NCBI GenBank assembly: GCA_030867685.1
Contig: JAQOWU010000001.1
Span: 434,001 to 498,000, forward strand
DNA length: 64,000 nucleotides
Source of the DNA: Wickerhamiella versatilis
Lineage: Eukaryota
Direction of reading: 5' to 3'
The notes below the pieces were generated by a model that made no database searches, had not been told where the DNA came from, and worked only from the letters and a program-made list of their open reading frames with translations. Of this stretch, positions 50,342-61,032 are shown piece by piece. Position numbers and translations under genes: made by a program. Numbering within the stretch: position 1 is the first letter of the stretch; each line of letters opens with the position of its first letter.

Positions 50342-50989
50342 ATGCGTACCATCCTGGTGACAGGATTTGAGCCATTTGGGGGCCAGAATATCAATGCGTC
50401 ATGGCAGTCAGTACAAGGACTACCAGAAGAGATTGAGGGTGTGCGTATACTCAAATGCCAGCTTCCCTGTGTGTATTTTGAGAGTACGAGGGCTGTTGAG
50501 GCAAGCCTCAAGCCCGAAATAACTGACATTGTCCTTGTTGGTGAGGCAGGAGGGCGTTCTCGCATTACTCTGGAATTAGTTGGGGTTAACATTGATGATA
50601 CAAATGCACCAGATAACAAAGGTGTAATTAGGGAATTCCAACGGATCGTTCCTTCTGGACCAGACGGATACCTTGCGACGATTCCACTAAAACCTCTTCT
50701 GGAGTACCTCAAGGCAAAGAGTGTCCCTGCATCATTGTCCTGCAGTGCAGGTCTTTTTGTCTGTAATCATACTTTATATGGTGTTTCTCATCTGTTGTCC
50801 ACGCAAAAGAAACGGTCTCGAGTCGGGTTTGTCCATGTGCCTTATATCTCAGAGCAGGCCGCTATGTCTGGAACAAGTGGCCAAAGCTGTGCTGAGCTCA
50901 CTCGGGGTCTGAAGGAGATAGTTACTTTTTTGGCCAAAAACCCGCAGGCCGCCGATAGCAATGAATGGCCCGAGGAATTGATTCATTAA
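50342..50989 (+). CDS. pcp: Pyroglutamyl-peptidase I (peptidase C15), bacterial type
   Basis: ILVTGFEPFGG, GEAGGR, ITLE, PDNKG, SAGLFVCNH, GFVHVP; Glu-Cys-His triad intact. Confidence 0.92.
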   Translation: MRTILVTGFEPFGGQNINASWQSVQGLPEEIEGVRILKCQLPCVYFESTRAVEASLKPEITDIVLVGEAGGRSRITLELVGVNIDDTNAPDNKGVIREFQRIVPSGPDGYLATIPLKPLLEYLKAKSVPASLSCSAGLFVCNHTLYGVSHLLSTQKKRSRVGFVHVPYISEQAAMSGTSGQSCAELTRGLKEIVTFLAKNPQAADSNEWPEELIH

Positions 50990-51121
50990 TATTATATACA
51001 TACATAAATTTACCTCAATGTGCAATATCAAAAATTAACATTCTATAATGAACAGTAGTCATAGCTCTGATCACAATCAAATAAATATATTGAATTGGCA
51101 TGGCACACGCGCAAGCACAAT

Positions 51122-52003
51122 TCATTCGGGTTCTAAAGCAACTAATTTCTCGATCTGCTGTGTTGTACATAGCTCACTGGATTCAACAATACTCTGCAAT
51201 TCTTCCAGAGTTTCACCATGTTCTGCCTTGAATTCCTCCATGCGTCCCGCATATTGAGGCCACGCAAGTTGCACTATCATGTCGACGGCTGCAATCGCAG
51301 AAATTGTCACCACCGTATGGGGACCAAGGTGGTATGTTACTCGGGTATGTGTTGCTGCAGCTCCCGCTGCCCCACCATCCTTCTGCCGCACGATTTCCAG
51401 AAATCTCTTATTTGATAGAACGTTCAAATAATAATCTACACGAGATGCTGCCTGGCGATCTGCTTCATGCTCTTCCTCATTCAAAAATAGTCCAGTGTCG
51501 ATCATCATCTGTCTAAGTTCTTTTTCGGCAACCTCACCTCGCTTTAACACAATTATCGATATAGCAACTGCCAAAGCACAATATACGTCCTTATCCGACG
51601 ACGCTGAGTATTTTGCAGCAATTGAGCGCTGTGAGCTATCCAGAAGTGAAACAAGAACGTACTCATCACGGCCAGCCGGCGTTGTACGCGTCGGTCCCAA
51701 TTTGATGCGCGGTAACTCAAGTAGTTGCAATCCAAAATCTCGGTTAAGTACTAACCTTACCCGCTTTATTAGCTCGTGGAATTGAAAAACTCCTGTGCGA
51801 GTAGCAAGACCAACTGCTTCTCTAAGTGCTGCCCGTTTAATCACTTTACCTGATCCCATGGTGATGAGACACATTCTCAATAGCAGCTTGACCTTTTTTT
51901 CATCAATATTAGTTGGCTGCCAGTCCTGATCTGTATCTGCATCTGCATCTCCGTCCGAGAGTTCTTCATGTCTACGTTTAGGAGGACGCGACCGCGGAGG
52001 CAT
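51122..52003 (-). CDS. NSE3: SMC5/6 subunit Nse3 (MAGE family)
   Basis: IKRAAL, L...FGLQLLELP, YVLVSLL, ISII....GEV.E..L, YHLGP. Confidence 0.75.
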   Translation of the reverse strand: MPPRSRPPKRRHEELSDGDADADTDQDWQPTNIDEKKVKLLLRMCLITMGSGKVIKRAALREAVGLATRTGVFQFHELIKRVRLVLNRDFGLQLLELPRIKLGPTRTTPAGRDEYVLVSLLDSSQRSIAAKYSASSDKDVYCALAVAISIIVLKRGEVAEKELRQMMIDTGLFLNEEEHEADRQAASRVDYYLNVLSNKRFLEIVRQKDGGAAGAAATHTRVTYHLGPHTVVTISAIAAVDMIVQLAWPQYAGRMEEFKAEHGETLEELQSIVESSELCTTQQIEKLVALEPE

Positions 52004-52345
52004 ATAGGCAATGTTGGTTTTAGATAATCTTACAAGACTATGGATGTCGGCTGGTCGAACATGTAGGCTAGGTTGATACCGAAGAAATGCTGAAATTTTA
52101 GCTTCAGTTTGCAGTTCAATGAAAATTAAATGTTAGTGCCAGCATCACTAGCACTAGGTTGATGCCATATATAAACGGAGGAAGGGCAGAGCATATCTTG
52201 AACTTAGTGCTACAGATTTATCTCTTACTTTATTTGTATCATCTTTATTTTCGGAAAATGACCTTAATGTTAAGTGTATATAGGCGCTTTTGCCGTTATT
52301 GTAGTTTAACCACTCTGGTGCACCTTACCTAAACACTCGCCACTA

Positions 52346-53104
52346 ATGTCTGGCTACGACCGAGCTCTCTCAGTATTTAGCCCTGATGGCCACGTTTTCC
52401 AAGTGGAGTATGCCCTTGAGGCTGTGAAGCGTGGAACGTGTGCTGTGGGTGTGAAGGGGAAGAACTGTGTCGTCCTCGGTGCTGAAAGACGTAGTGCTCT
52501 GAAGCTGCATGACCCTCGCACCATGCCTTCAAAGCTTTGCCGTGTTGATGAACATGTTACATTTGTTTTTGCTGGTTTGAATGCTGATGCACGTATCCTA
52601 CTGGACCGGGCGCGTCTCGAGGCTCAAAATCGTCGTTTGAACCTTGAAGATGCGGTGACCATTGACTATATCACCAAACATGTGGCAGGCATCCAGCAGA
52701 AATACACCCAGAGTGGTGGTGTGAGGCCTTTTGGTATATCAACACTCATTGCTGGTTTTGATCCGGATGATACCACGCCGCGTCTTTATCATACGGAGCC
52801 CAGCGGTATCTTCTCAGCATGGAAAGCAAATGCGATTGGAAGGTCATCAAAGACGGTACGTGAGCTCTTGGAGAAAAATTACGAGGAAGATATGAGTGAG
52901 GAGGCCACAATCAAGCTTGCTATCAAATCACTTCTCGAGGTCGTCCAGACAGGTAATCGCAACATCGAGATTGCAATCATGCGACCTGGCGAGCAATTAA
53001 AGCTCCTACCTGATAGCAATATTGACGAAGTTGTCGCAAAACTGGAAGAAGAAAAGGCTGAAGAAGCTGCTAAGAAACCTCAGAGAAGAATGCAGCAGGC
53101 GTAG
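52346..53104 (+). CDS. PRE6: 20S proteasome subunit alpha4
   Basis: [48 protein letters not shown]. Confidence 0.97.
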   Translation: MSGYDRALSVFSPDGHVFQVEYALEAVKRGTCAVGVKGKNCVVLGAERRSALKLHDPRTMPSKLCRVDEHVTFVFAGLNADARILLDRARLEAQNRRLNLEDAVTIDYITKHVAGIQQKYTQSGGVRPFGISTLIAGFDPDDTTPRLYHTEPSGIFSAWKANAIGRSSKTVRELLEKNYEEDMSEEATIKLAIKSLLEVVQTGNRNIEIAIMRPGEQLKLLPDSNIDEVVAKLEEEKAEEAAKKPQRRMQQA

Positions 53105-53338
53105 GGCCATGCAGGTGAAGAGGCAGCTGGATCTGCCGTTTAAACGTAGACCCCATCACAGCAGAGAGGTATAGTAGAGGTATACCATTCTAAGTTGGTG
53201 CACAAGTTCTTAGTGATATCTCTTTACTGCTATTAACTCTTATTTTACTGGATGTAGCTAGGAGAACTCAGCTTCGTGACTGGGCTCGACCTATGTAGCC
53301 GTTAATTCTCTACTTAGTAATAAAGGTTCGCGTGAACA

Positions 53339-55240
53339 ATGAGTAGCCAGCAGCGAGCATCCCTGCTTTCGCTGGATGAGCTTAACCGGATTGTGCTTGA
53401 GTTCTTGCACAAGAAGGGATACTCGCGAACAGAAGCGATGCTTCGACTTGAGTCTGCCAGAAATATGACACCACAGTCCGGAAACCAGACTGGTGTAAAC
53501 GCTGGTACAATGCCATTGCCTCCCCCACCAGCAGGCCCAGAAACATATGCTCAAAGTTATCTACAGTTGAAGGAGTGGGTGGAAGCTTCGCTGGATCTTT
53601 ACCAGGTGGAATTAGGCCGTGTGCTGTACCCTGTATTTGTTCACATGTATCTCGAGCTTGTGCAAGAAAATGAGACCGAATATGCCGATGAGTTGATGAA
53701 AAAATTCGGTAACGACCATCGAGTTATGCATGGGGACGAGGTTGATACTCTTGCTAGCCTTCGACTCCCCGATCATATCCAAGAGAACGAGCTCGCGAAA
53801 CGGTTTAGAGAGACGAAGTACCAGGTCGTTATGTCTCCTACAGCTTTTGATTTACTCCTCCATTTCCTGCACTCCATTGAATCAGGAGGTGGTGCAACCC
53901 TTATTCGACTCGTTAATCAATATATCAACCTCCAAGTAACCCAAAACTCGATGGAGACCGGTGCTGAAGGGCTTATAGGTGATCTGGCGTTCAATCGTCA
54001 GCCCTTGCGTCTAGGAAAAATGCCACTTGATCCGGAGTTTCGTACGGAGGTGGATCAGATGATGCGACATCGTGAAGGCCTCCCCCAAACGGGTGCTGCA
54101 CCCGAAGGTAGCCTAGTCCATGACTTCGAAAAAATGGTAGAACCTGAGGAGGACTCGCCAGCGTTTGAGGCCCTTCCTCTTCCGAAGTATCGTCCTGTTG
54201 ATATTGATGTCGAAATTGCAAAAGTAGTGGACACACGCAGTCGCATTCCGCTTGGTGCTGCATTGCCATCTGTGTGCATGTATACTTTTCATAATACTTA
54301 TGATGAAATGAACTGCTTAGAGTTTTCAGATGATATGTCCCTATGTGCTGGAGGTTTCGGCGACAGTTATATACAATTATGGAGCTTACGTGGAGAAAAA
54401 CTACAGACAATCACGAAGGAAGACGAGGCAACTCAATCCCGCCGATTGATAGGACACAGTGGGGCTGTTTTCGGCCTAAGTTTCGCTCCAGACAATCGTA
54501 CTCTGCTATCTTCCTCTGAAGACTGTACGGTGAGGCTGTGGTCGCTTGACACTTATACGCCTCTCGTTGCGTACCATGGTCATACAGGGCCGGTATGGGA
54601 TGTGACTTATGGCCCTTTTGGACATTATTTTGCAACCGCATCCCATGACCAAACAGCCCGCTTGTGGAGTTGTGACCATATTTATCCATTGAGAATATTT
54701 GCCGGTCATTTGAGTGATGTAGAATGTGTGATTTTCCATCCAAATGGAATCTATCTATTCACTGGATCCTCAGATAAAACGATTAGAATGTGGGATGTTC
54801 AGCGTGGTCAGGCAGTTCGGGTATTCATCGGGCATCATGGAGCTGTAACCTGCCTCGCAGTTTCACCAGATGGCAGATGGCTTGCATCTGCTGGGGAGGA
54901 CTCGATGATTTTCGTTTGGGATATTGGATCTGGTCGACGTCTAAAGGCAATGCGTGGACATGGTAGGCTAGCGATATATTCTCTGGCGTTTAGTGCTGGA
55001 GGAGAAGTTCTTATTTCTTCTGGTGCTGATTGTTCAGTCAGAGTATGGGACATGAAAAAGAGTACCGCGGAGGAAATTGAAGGCCCTGAACCTTACGAGA
55101 CGTCAAAGCCGCGAGGTCGGAAAGAGGTTCAAGCAACCCCAGATCATATGGCGGTCTTTTTCACGAAGCGCACACCAGTATATAAAGTGGCAACGACTCC
55201 GCGGAACTTGGTAGTAGCTGGTGGCGCTTTTCTTGGGTGA
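53339..55240 (+). CDS. TAF5: TFIID/SAGA subunit Taf5
   Basis: LisH-like LNRIVLEFLHKKGY, NTD2 LYPVFVH, LPSVCMYTFHN, WD40 repeats, FFTKRTPV. Confidence 0.96.
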   Translation: MSSQQRASLLSLDELNRIVLEFLHKKGYSRTEAMLRLESARNMTPQSGNQTGVNAGTMPLPPPPAGPETYAQSYLQLKEWVEASLDLYQVELGRVLYPVFVHMYLELVQENETEYADELMKKFGNDHRVMHGDEVDTLASLRLPDHIQENELAKRFRETKYQVVMSPTAFDLLLHFLHSIESGGGATLIRLVNQYINLQVTQNSMETGAEGLIGDLAFNRQPLRLGKMPLDPEFRTEVDQMMRHREGLPQTGAAPEGSLVHDFEKMVEPEEDSPAFEALPLPKYRPVDIDVEIAKVVDTRSRIPLGAALPSVCMYTFHNTYDEMNCLEFSDDMSLCAGGFGDSYIQLWSLRGEKLQTITKEDEATQSRRLIGHSGAVFGLSFAPDNRTLLSSSEDCTVRLWSLDTYTPLVAYHGHTGPVWDVTYGPFGHYFATASHDQTARLWSCDHIYPLRIFAGHLSDVECVIFHPNGIYLFTGSSDKTIRMWDVQRGQAVRVFIGHHGAVTCLAVSPDGRWLASAGEDSMIFVWDIGSGRRLKAMRGHGRLAIYSLAFSAGGEVLISSGADCSVRVWDMKKSTAEEIEGPEPYETSKPRGRKEVQATPDHMAVFFTKRTPVYKVATTPRNLVVAGGAFLG

Positions 55241-55377
55241 CATAGCCTGTAAGATTTTTTTATATCTTCTCTCTGTAATTTATGGCTTCCAATGCCAAAT
55301 CCACCGGAAGCTTTGGGGTAATGAAAACTTTATTGGAATAAAACCATACAGTCTATATTGTAGTCTTATGCAATTTT

Positions 55378-57129
55378 TTAAAATGGTCGCATCCCGAGAC
55401 CTCTAGACCAGTCTTCTATCACATCACGAGTATTATTGTCTCCAACATTATCGAGTATCGGCCTCACGATTCTGCCTCTCATCGGAATGCCAATATTATG
55501 ATCAAAAAGGCGGCTCACAAGAACAATAGCTCGTTCTGGATCATGCTTCTGTTCACAATAGTACCTCACGAGCTGCTCAATTCCCTCGAGACCATGGCGT
55601 CCACTTGACGGTCTTGTGAATCGAAGTCTTGTCAAAGCATCCTCCATAATACGTTCAGCCAACTCAATTGCAGCTTTATGGCGAAGAATCACAAGTCGCT
55701 TCACAAATAATGAGAGAACTTCTGTTTGTACCTTGGCCTTCGAATCTTGTGCATAAGAAACATACCCGGTCCAAAATGCTTCAATAAGACTCAGATCATC
55801 ACTTTGATGTAAAACGGCGCGATATATTATATGCAGCCAAATTTCTGGGATTGCTACAATATCTGGCGCTGAAGGAAGACGTGGCAAATCACCGGCAATC
55901 CCTGCACTACGCGGCTGCTTTGAGGCCCATTCAGTGATCCCAAGTTTAATGAGAACAGGCTTGAATCTGGGGAAGATATCTTGTGCAACATCCAACAGTA
56001 CTCTAACACTGTAAAACTGTTCAACGAAACTAAGAAGCTCTCCTACAAATGCCACGTCCATTTTGTCCAAATGCAAAAGAATCTGCCGACATCTATCAGG
56101 TCGTGCATTACGCCTGAACTCTTGGAATAGACGGCGTAGAGTGTTATTACGCGCTTTGGGGCCCATCTGCTCGAAAAGATCGGTAATCACTTCATCTGCA
56201 GCATCAAAGGCAAGCATACGCTTGGCCACCATTGACAGAACGAAATCAAGATACTTTTGTGGGTCTTTCGCGGCAAGAGGGGCTAACCACCTGTTAAGAA
56301 TGTAGTCTGTAGTTTCATAATCCTCTCTTTCGATCAGTTTTGAGATCAAAAACCCATAAAAATTCACTGGAAATCTCTCACTTCTACTTGTTCGGATGAT
56401 CAAGTCCAGGCCAGCATCGGTGCTACTGTAAACGGCCCGGAGAAAAGGCGCAAAGCCTGGTAAATCTAGTCTTGCCCTGTGATCTAATAAAAGCTGAAAA
56501 ATCTGAGGTAGTTGCTGCTGCTCATGAGCCCCTAAATTCGAAATAACGTCTTTACTCAAAGACAAACAAAAGTTGTCAGGAAGAGCACTCAATATTTCTT
56601 TTAAACTTTCGAATGAGCAGGACTCGCATCGTAACCACGAGTTTACCACAAGATGAATAGTAGCAAACTCCCAGCTAGTTTTAGGATCCTTTGCAAGTTC
56701 CTGGAGAATCAATAATGACGCATCGTGATTTTGCAGTTTCAAAAGTCTATTTACCAAAGTTGGGACAATGTACATCTTGCATGGCCCCTTCGTTTGAGCT
56801 ATAGCTTTAAGCTTGTGCTCTTCGGGATTACGAGCAAGGTCTTCAAGAAGGTCTCTCAATGCAGCTGGCACTTGCACTTGCTTAAGAGGCGTAGTACTGT
56901 AATTAGTTGCAGAAATCATTTGCCAACGCTCACAAAACTCAGTGGATTTGGTAGAGCGAAGATGTCTTAATGTTGTACTTTGACTGTTGAGTGCTGAGAG
57001 TTGCGCTAACGCGGGTTCATAGAAGGGCTGTTTTCCAAGTCTCTTTAAAAAACTTGGTGATCTGTGGCTGACCGGAGTAAAATCGGCATGCGGAATAAAC
57101 CGTCGTGCCGTCAAAGGCGGCAGCTTCAT
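55378..57129 (-). CDS. Helical-repeat (PPR-like) protein, probably mitochondrial
   Basis: 583-aa ORF with an Arg-rich, acid-poor N-terminus and amphipathic helix repeats. Confidence 0.55.
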   Translation of the reverse strand: MKLPPLTARRFIPHADFTPVSHRSPSFLKRLGKQPFYEPALAQLSALNSQSTTLRHLRSTKSTEFCERWQMISATNYSTTPLKQVQVPAALRDLLEDLARNPEEHKLKAIAQTKGPCKMYIVPTLVNRLLKLQNHDASLLILQELAKDPKTSWEFATIHLVVNSWLRCESCSFESLKEILSALPDNFCLSLSKDVISNLGAHEQQQLPQIFQLLLDHRARLDLPGFAPFLRAVYSSTDAGLDLIIRTSRSERFPVNFYGFLISKLIEREDYETTDYILNRWLAPLAAKDPQKYLDFVLSMVAKRMLAFDAADEVITDLFEQMGPKARNNTLRRLFQEFRRNARPDRCRQILLHLDKMDVAFVGELLSFVEQFYSVRVLLDVAQDIFPRFKPVLIKLGITEWASKQPRSAGIAGDLPRLPSAPDIVAIPEIWLHIIYRAVLHQSDDLSLIEAFWTGYVSYAQDSKAKVQTEVLSLFVKRLVILRHKAAIELAERIMEDALTRLRFTRPSSGRHGLEGIEQLVRYYCEQKHDPERAIVLVSRLFDHNIGIPMRGRIVRPILDNVGDNNTRDVIEDWSRGLGMRPF

Positions 57130-57357
57130 ATCATACTGGAATCTATTGTGGACTGTATGCGATCACTCAGTCAGTAGAATCCTACTACTCACTGTCAGAA
57201 ACGGTTACATAATCCATATTAGAGTCTTTAAGCTACGACAAAAATAAAAAAACGGAGCACAAAAATGAGTTAACTTCATACCATGACCCAAATAAATATA
57301 GTTTGGATTCATAAATCTATCAGAAATACTGTAACTCTTGGTGAGTCAGCGAAATAA

Positions 57358-60300
57358 ATGGAGGAAGCCCTTCATGGCAACGAGGCGGCAGTCAAGACGC
57401 TTATTTCTAAAGCTAAGACTGATCCTGCCCTTAGATGGGATATATGGAGAAACATAGGTAGTTTTTCATCTGATAATGCGCCTCGTTTGTTCAAGGTGGT
57501 AGCAGAGCAGGAACTGAAAGATCAAGGAAACCTTACTAGGTACATCGAGCATACTGCCGCACTCTCTTATCACACAAAAGGAAAATGGCAATCCTTAGAA
57601 GCACTGAAAGCTGCAGATCCATCCACAAGTTTTGATCTTGAGCAGGCATTCTCTATTGCGAAGACAGATGCCTCACTCTATCCATGCATCAAACGCTTAC
57701 TGGCTAGTGTAACTTCTGAGGATTTTGCTGCATTTTATCAGAGAACTTCTGATATTCAGAGCCTTTCTATAGCTTTTCAGGCGGGTATTGATGTTTCTGA
57801 ATGTGTCTCTCTTGGAAGTCTAGTGTCTGAGGATGCAGCAACTCGCTTTGACGCCTTCACAAAGCTAACATATTCTCATAAAATGTCACGTCCTGTACCA
57901 ATACGTACATACACTCTGCTAAAAGCTGCAGCACCAGCTCTATTCTGTGAGCCAAGTCCCCGTGTTCGAAATCAGCTCTTCGGTGGTATGAGATACTTTT
58001 TGTTTCGTTTAATTGCCTCCACATATGCACTGGATCGAGACCATAAGGCTCATGAACTCGTCATTGCTGCGAAGGAATGGCTTCAGTGGTTTGCAGAGTG
58101 GTGCCGCGGTCTTTTAACCCCTGGAGCTCCGTACCGCTGCCAAGCAACGTGCTTGCAATATATAGATCTTCTACTTACTATCGGCCTTGACCCAGAAGTT
58201 AAAGGAGAACCATCTCCAACCAAGTTTCCATTCTCTATTCCTATACTTACAGAGAGCTTCACAATCCAGCTTTTGAATGCTGTACCCAGCGAATTCTATG
58301 ACGTACGAAGAGAAGCTGCGCGCTTGGTTTCTCTTAAGCCACGTTTTGTTGACGTGGACAACCTAATCAAACACTCGTTGGCATTGATGGGTGGTAAACG
58401 AGGACGTGAAGGAGATGGTGCAGCCAGAGTAGCACTACTGGCATGGCATACATCAGGGAAAGACTCTAATTTTCTAAATCAGCTCATTTCAAGTACTTGT
58501 GACCTTGCTACTAACCTCCAGTTCGAAGAAGGCCTTCATGGTTATTTCGAAGCCTTGGCTCTTTTGCAGAAGTCAGGTGCTCGTCTTCCAGCAGATAAGC
58601 TTTTAAAAGCGATTTACAGTGTTTGGACAGGTTGTGAGGATGTGCTGTGTAACGGTGCGCCAGAAGGGAATGCTCCACGAGCACAGCAGGCTTGGCAGGA
58701 TACGTTGAGTTTCTCCTGGCGTGCTGTGAAAGAGTCTGCGTCTCTCGCTGCAGAGCTTGTCCCTTTCCTTGATTATGATGTATGTAAGGAGCTTGGGACG
58801 AAGATCGTTCAGCAGATCACGCATATTCGGCACCGTGGTGCCTTTGCAAGCCTTACTCCAACACTTGAGGCTGTTTGTATCAAACTTGGTCCTGAGTTGA
58901 GCCTTCAATGGTTGAATACCGAACTTAAACGAGTCCGTGAAGAACGCATGCTTGTAACAAGAAGATCGGCAGGCTTGCCTCTCCTAGTTACCTCGATCCT
59001 TAGTACGGCGCCTCAGTATTTAAACGAAGTATTTGACGAGCTCTTCAAAATGGCGTCGGCACCGGTGACTGATCCTGGTGCACTAGAATTACCTCAAGTG
59101 CATGCCTTCAACTGTATTCGAGCCATTATTCTTGATGGGCGTTTGGATCATCCAGCAGAGCATGTTTCTCGTGCCTTGGAGCTTGCCTTTGGTACTTTCG
59201 AGAATCCTGCATGGGTACTGCGCAATTGTGCAGTAATGCTTTTTGCAACCACACATCAACGTCTTTTCGGCGTACGCCCTAAACAGCAATACCCTGCACC
59301 CGTTTTCTTTTCAAGATATCCAAGAGTCTTACAACTTCTGCTCGATCATTTTAAACGAGCGAATGGTGATACTGTAGAAAGTGTGTATCCGGGACTTGCA
59401 ATCTTGCTTCGGCTTGAGCCCGGAAATGAAAAAAATGCTGGCTTGCGTGAAATAGAGCAATTGACACTTCCATTATTGTCAAGTCGTATCTGGAAGGTTC
59501 GGGAACTAACAGCCCGCGTGATAGGCCGTATATCTTCCTCCCCAGATACTGTTGATCGATTGGTAGATGGACTCAGTTTGAGAAACCAAAATAGGTTGCA
59601 TGGACACGCACTTGCTCTCAAAGAATTAAATTGGAAGCCTGATCGAGATCTCACGCATCTTATAATAAATAATGCATGCTTCGAAACAAGAATATCGCTA
59701 ATACAGCTACAGCCTGGTAGAAAAGAGCCTCGTCCGTTGCAGAACGGATTGAACCCATGTCGAGCCGTTTTTGAAAGTTTCCAAGCGCATGATTCACTGG
59801 ATGAGACAATTTTTGATGATCCTGATGTAGACCGCTGGTTACCTGTGTATGAATCCGAATCATCCAAGATTCCAGATGAAAAATGGACTGGGATCCTTGA
59901 AAGAGCAAAAGGACCTGGACTTCAAGTGAAAGGCTTAGCTCACGTAGACAGTGAAGCCGCTTCAAAGTTTACAACAAATAATTATGCTCGTTCAGTCCAG
60001 GAATTCGCTATCCAGAGGGCCCCGAATATAGAGAAGGTTCAAGAATTGGCATCTTCTGAACAGCCGGTATCCAGTAGAATCTCAGCAGTGAAAGCTTTGA
60101 GAAAAGTTGATACTGATACCGAGAAGTGGATATTATTCAATTTATTGAGTGACGATGACGAAAATGTCCGAGCACAAGCTGCCGTAGTAGCATCCCGTGT
60201 TCTAGAATTTCCTGCAGTCGCTTCACCGAGGTACTGCGAGATCAAGCTTGTGACTAGAATTTCACCATCTTATATTGGAAAACAGTTGGCCAAGGCTCTA

Positions 60301-60567
60301 GTTCAGCGCAAACCGGATGTCGATGATACGACTGATTTGTTTGAGGTTGAGAAAGAAAACATGTACCGCGATCTCAGCTATTGGACCTTGCTCGGTTCAC
60401 ATGCAACTATTGAGTCTGAACCAGAGAATTTTGGAAGCATAAAGCAAAGTCTCTCGAAACTGGATTTTGAGGCACCATTTGGCCCTTCTGCTCAAGAGTC
60501 AATGATTGTACTTAAAGCCCAGATTGCAGCTATTGATCAGAGTATGAAAAACTATAAGAATTGTTAA
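57358..60567 (+). CDS. TRM732: Trm7 partner Trm732/THADA (DUF2428)
   Basis: SWRAVKESA, IRHRGAF, TRRSAGLP, PQVHAFN, W.LRNCAVMLF, IWKVRE. Confidence 0.92.
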   Translation: MEEALHGNEAAVKTLISKAKTDPALRWDIWRNIGSFSSDNAPRLFKVVAEQELKDQGNLTRYIEHTAALSYHTKGKWQSLEALKAADPSTSFDLEQAFSIAKTDASLYPCIKRLLASVTSEDFAAFYQRTSDIQSLSIAFQAGIDVSECVSLGSLVSEDAATRFDAFTKLTYSHKMSRPVPIRTYTLLKAAAPALFCEPSPRVRNQLFGGMRYFLFRLIASTYALDRDHKAHELVIAAKEWLQWFAEWCRGLLTPGAPYRCQATCLQYIDLLLTIGLDPEVKGEPSPTKFPFSIPILTESFTIQLLNAVPSEFYDVRREAARLVSLKPRFVDVDNLIKHSLALMGGKRGREGDGAARVALLAWHTSGKDSNFLNQLISSTCDLATNLQFEEGLHGYFEALALLQKSGARLPADKLLKAIYSVWTGCEDVLCNGAPEGNAPRAQQAWQDTLSFSWRAVKESASLAAELVPFLDYDVCKELGTKIVQQITHIRHRGAFASLTPTLEAVCIKLGPELSLQWLNTELKRVREERMLVTRRSAGLPLLVTSILSTAPQYLNEVFDELFKMASAPVTDPGALELPQVHAFNCIRAIILDGRLDHPAEHVSRALELAFGTFENPAWVLRNCAVMLFATTHQRLFGVRPKQQYPAPVFFSRYPRVLQLLLDHFKRANGDTVESVYPGLAILLRLEPGNEKNAGLREIEQLTLPLLSSRIWKVRELTARVIGRISSSPDTVDRLVDGLSLRNQNRLHGHALALKELNWKPDRDLTHLIINNACFETRISLIQLQPGRKEPRPLQNGLNPCRAVFESFQAHDSLDETIFDDPDVDRWLPVYESESSKIPDEKWTGILERAKGPGLQVKGLAHVDSEAASKFTTNNYARSVQEFAIQRAPNIEKVQELASSEQPVSSRISAVKALRKVDTDTEKWILFNLLSDDDENVRAQAAVVASRVLEFPAVASPRYCEIKLVTRISPSYIGKQLAKALVQRKPDVDDTTDLFEVEKENMYRDLSYWTLLGSHATIESEPENFGSIKQSLSKLDFEAPFGPSAQESMIVLKAQIAAIDQSMKNYKNC

Positions 60568-60663
60568 TCTTAATCCTCTAATGTATATACAGTTTGCAGA
60601 AATGTATCTTAAGCTGGTCATTGGCAACCGGAAGTCGCTTACGCATATTTATCATCAGGCCCA

Positions 60664-60936
60664 ATGGCCAGGACTATTGGACTTATTGCCGGCGCAGTGT
60701 CCGGAATGGCTGCTACATACGGAGTTGCAACCGAAATACATCGCTATACTCGAGATATTACGCGTGAGCTGCGACTTGCATCTGACATCGCAGCAGATCG
60801 GCCAAGGCTTGTGCGACCATACACAGATCCAATAAACTTGCAGACTCGAAGTGTAAAGGACACATTTGTGGACCTATGGGATGCAGAGATAGTCAAACTG
60901 GTGGACTGGGTTTTTGCACTATCAAAAAAAGACTAG
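60664..60936 (+). CDS. MIC12: MICOS subunit Mic12
   Basis: N-terminal TM with G/A, C-terminal DTFVDLWDAEI..LVDW; close to TSC10 as in S. cerevisiae. Confidence 0.7.
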   Translation: MARTIGLIAGAVSGMAATYGVATEIHRYTRDITRELRLASDIAADRPRLVRPYTDPINLQTRSVKDTFVDLWDAEIVKLVDWVFALSKKD

Positions 60937-61032
60937 ATCTCTATGATTTAGACTCGAAGTCTAAGCAAACTGACTTCAACTTTATGTCTTGTAAAACTGT
61001 TTTTAATATGAGCACTAGACTTCAAAATTACT

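Noticed and set aside
53102-53143. PRE6 stop readthrough giving GHAGEEAAGSAV
   Set aside because: Not a known leaky context and no targeting signal; 12 open codons occur by chance
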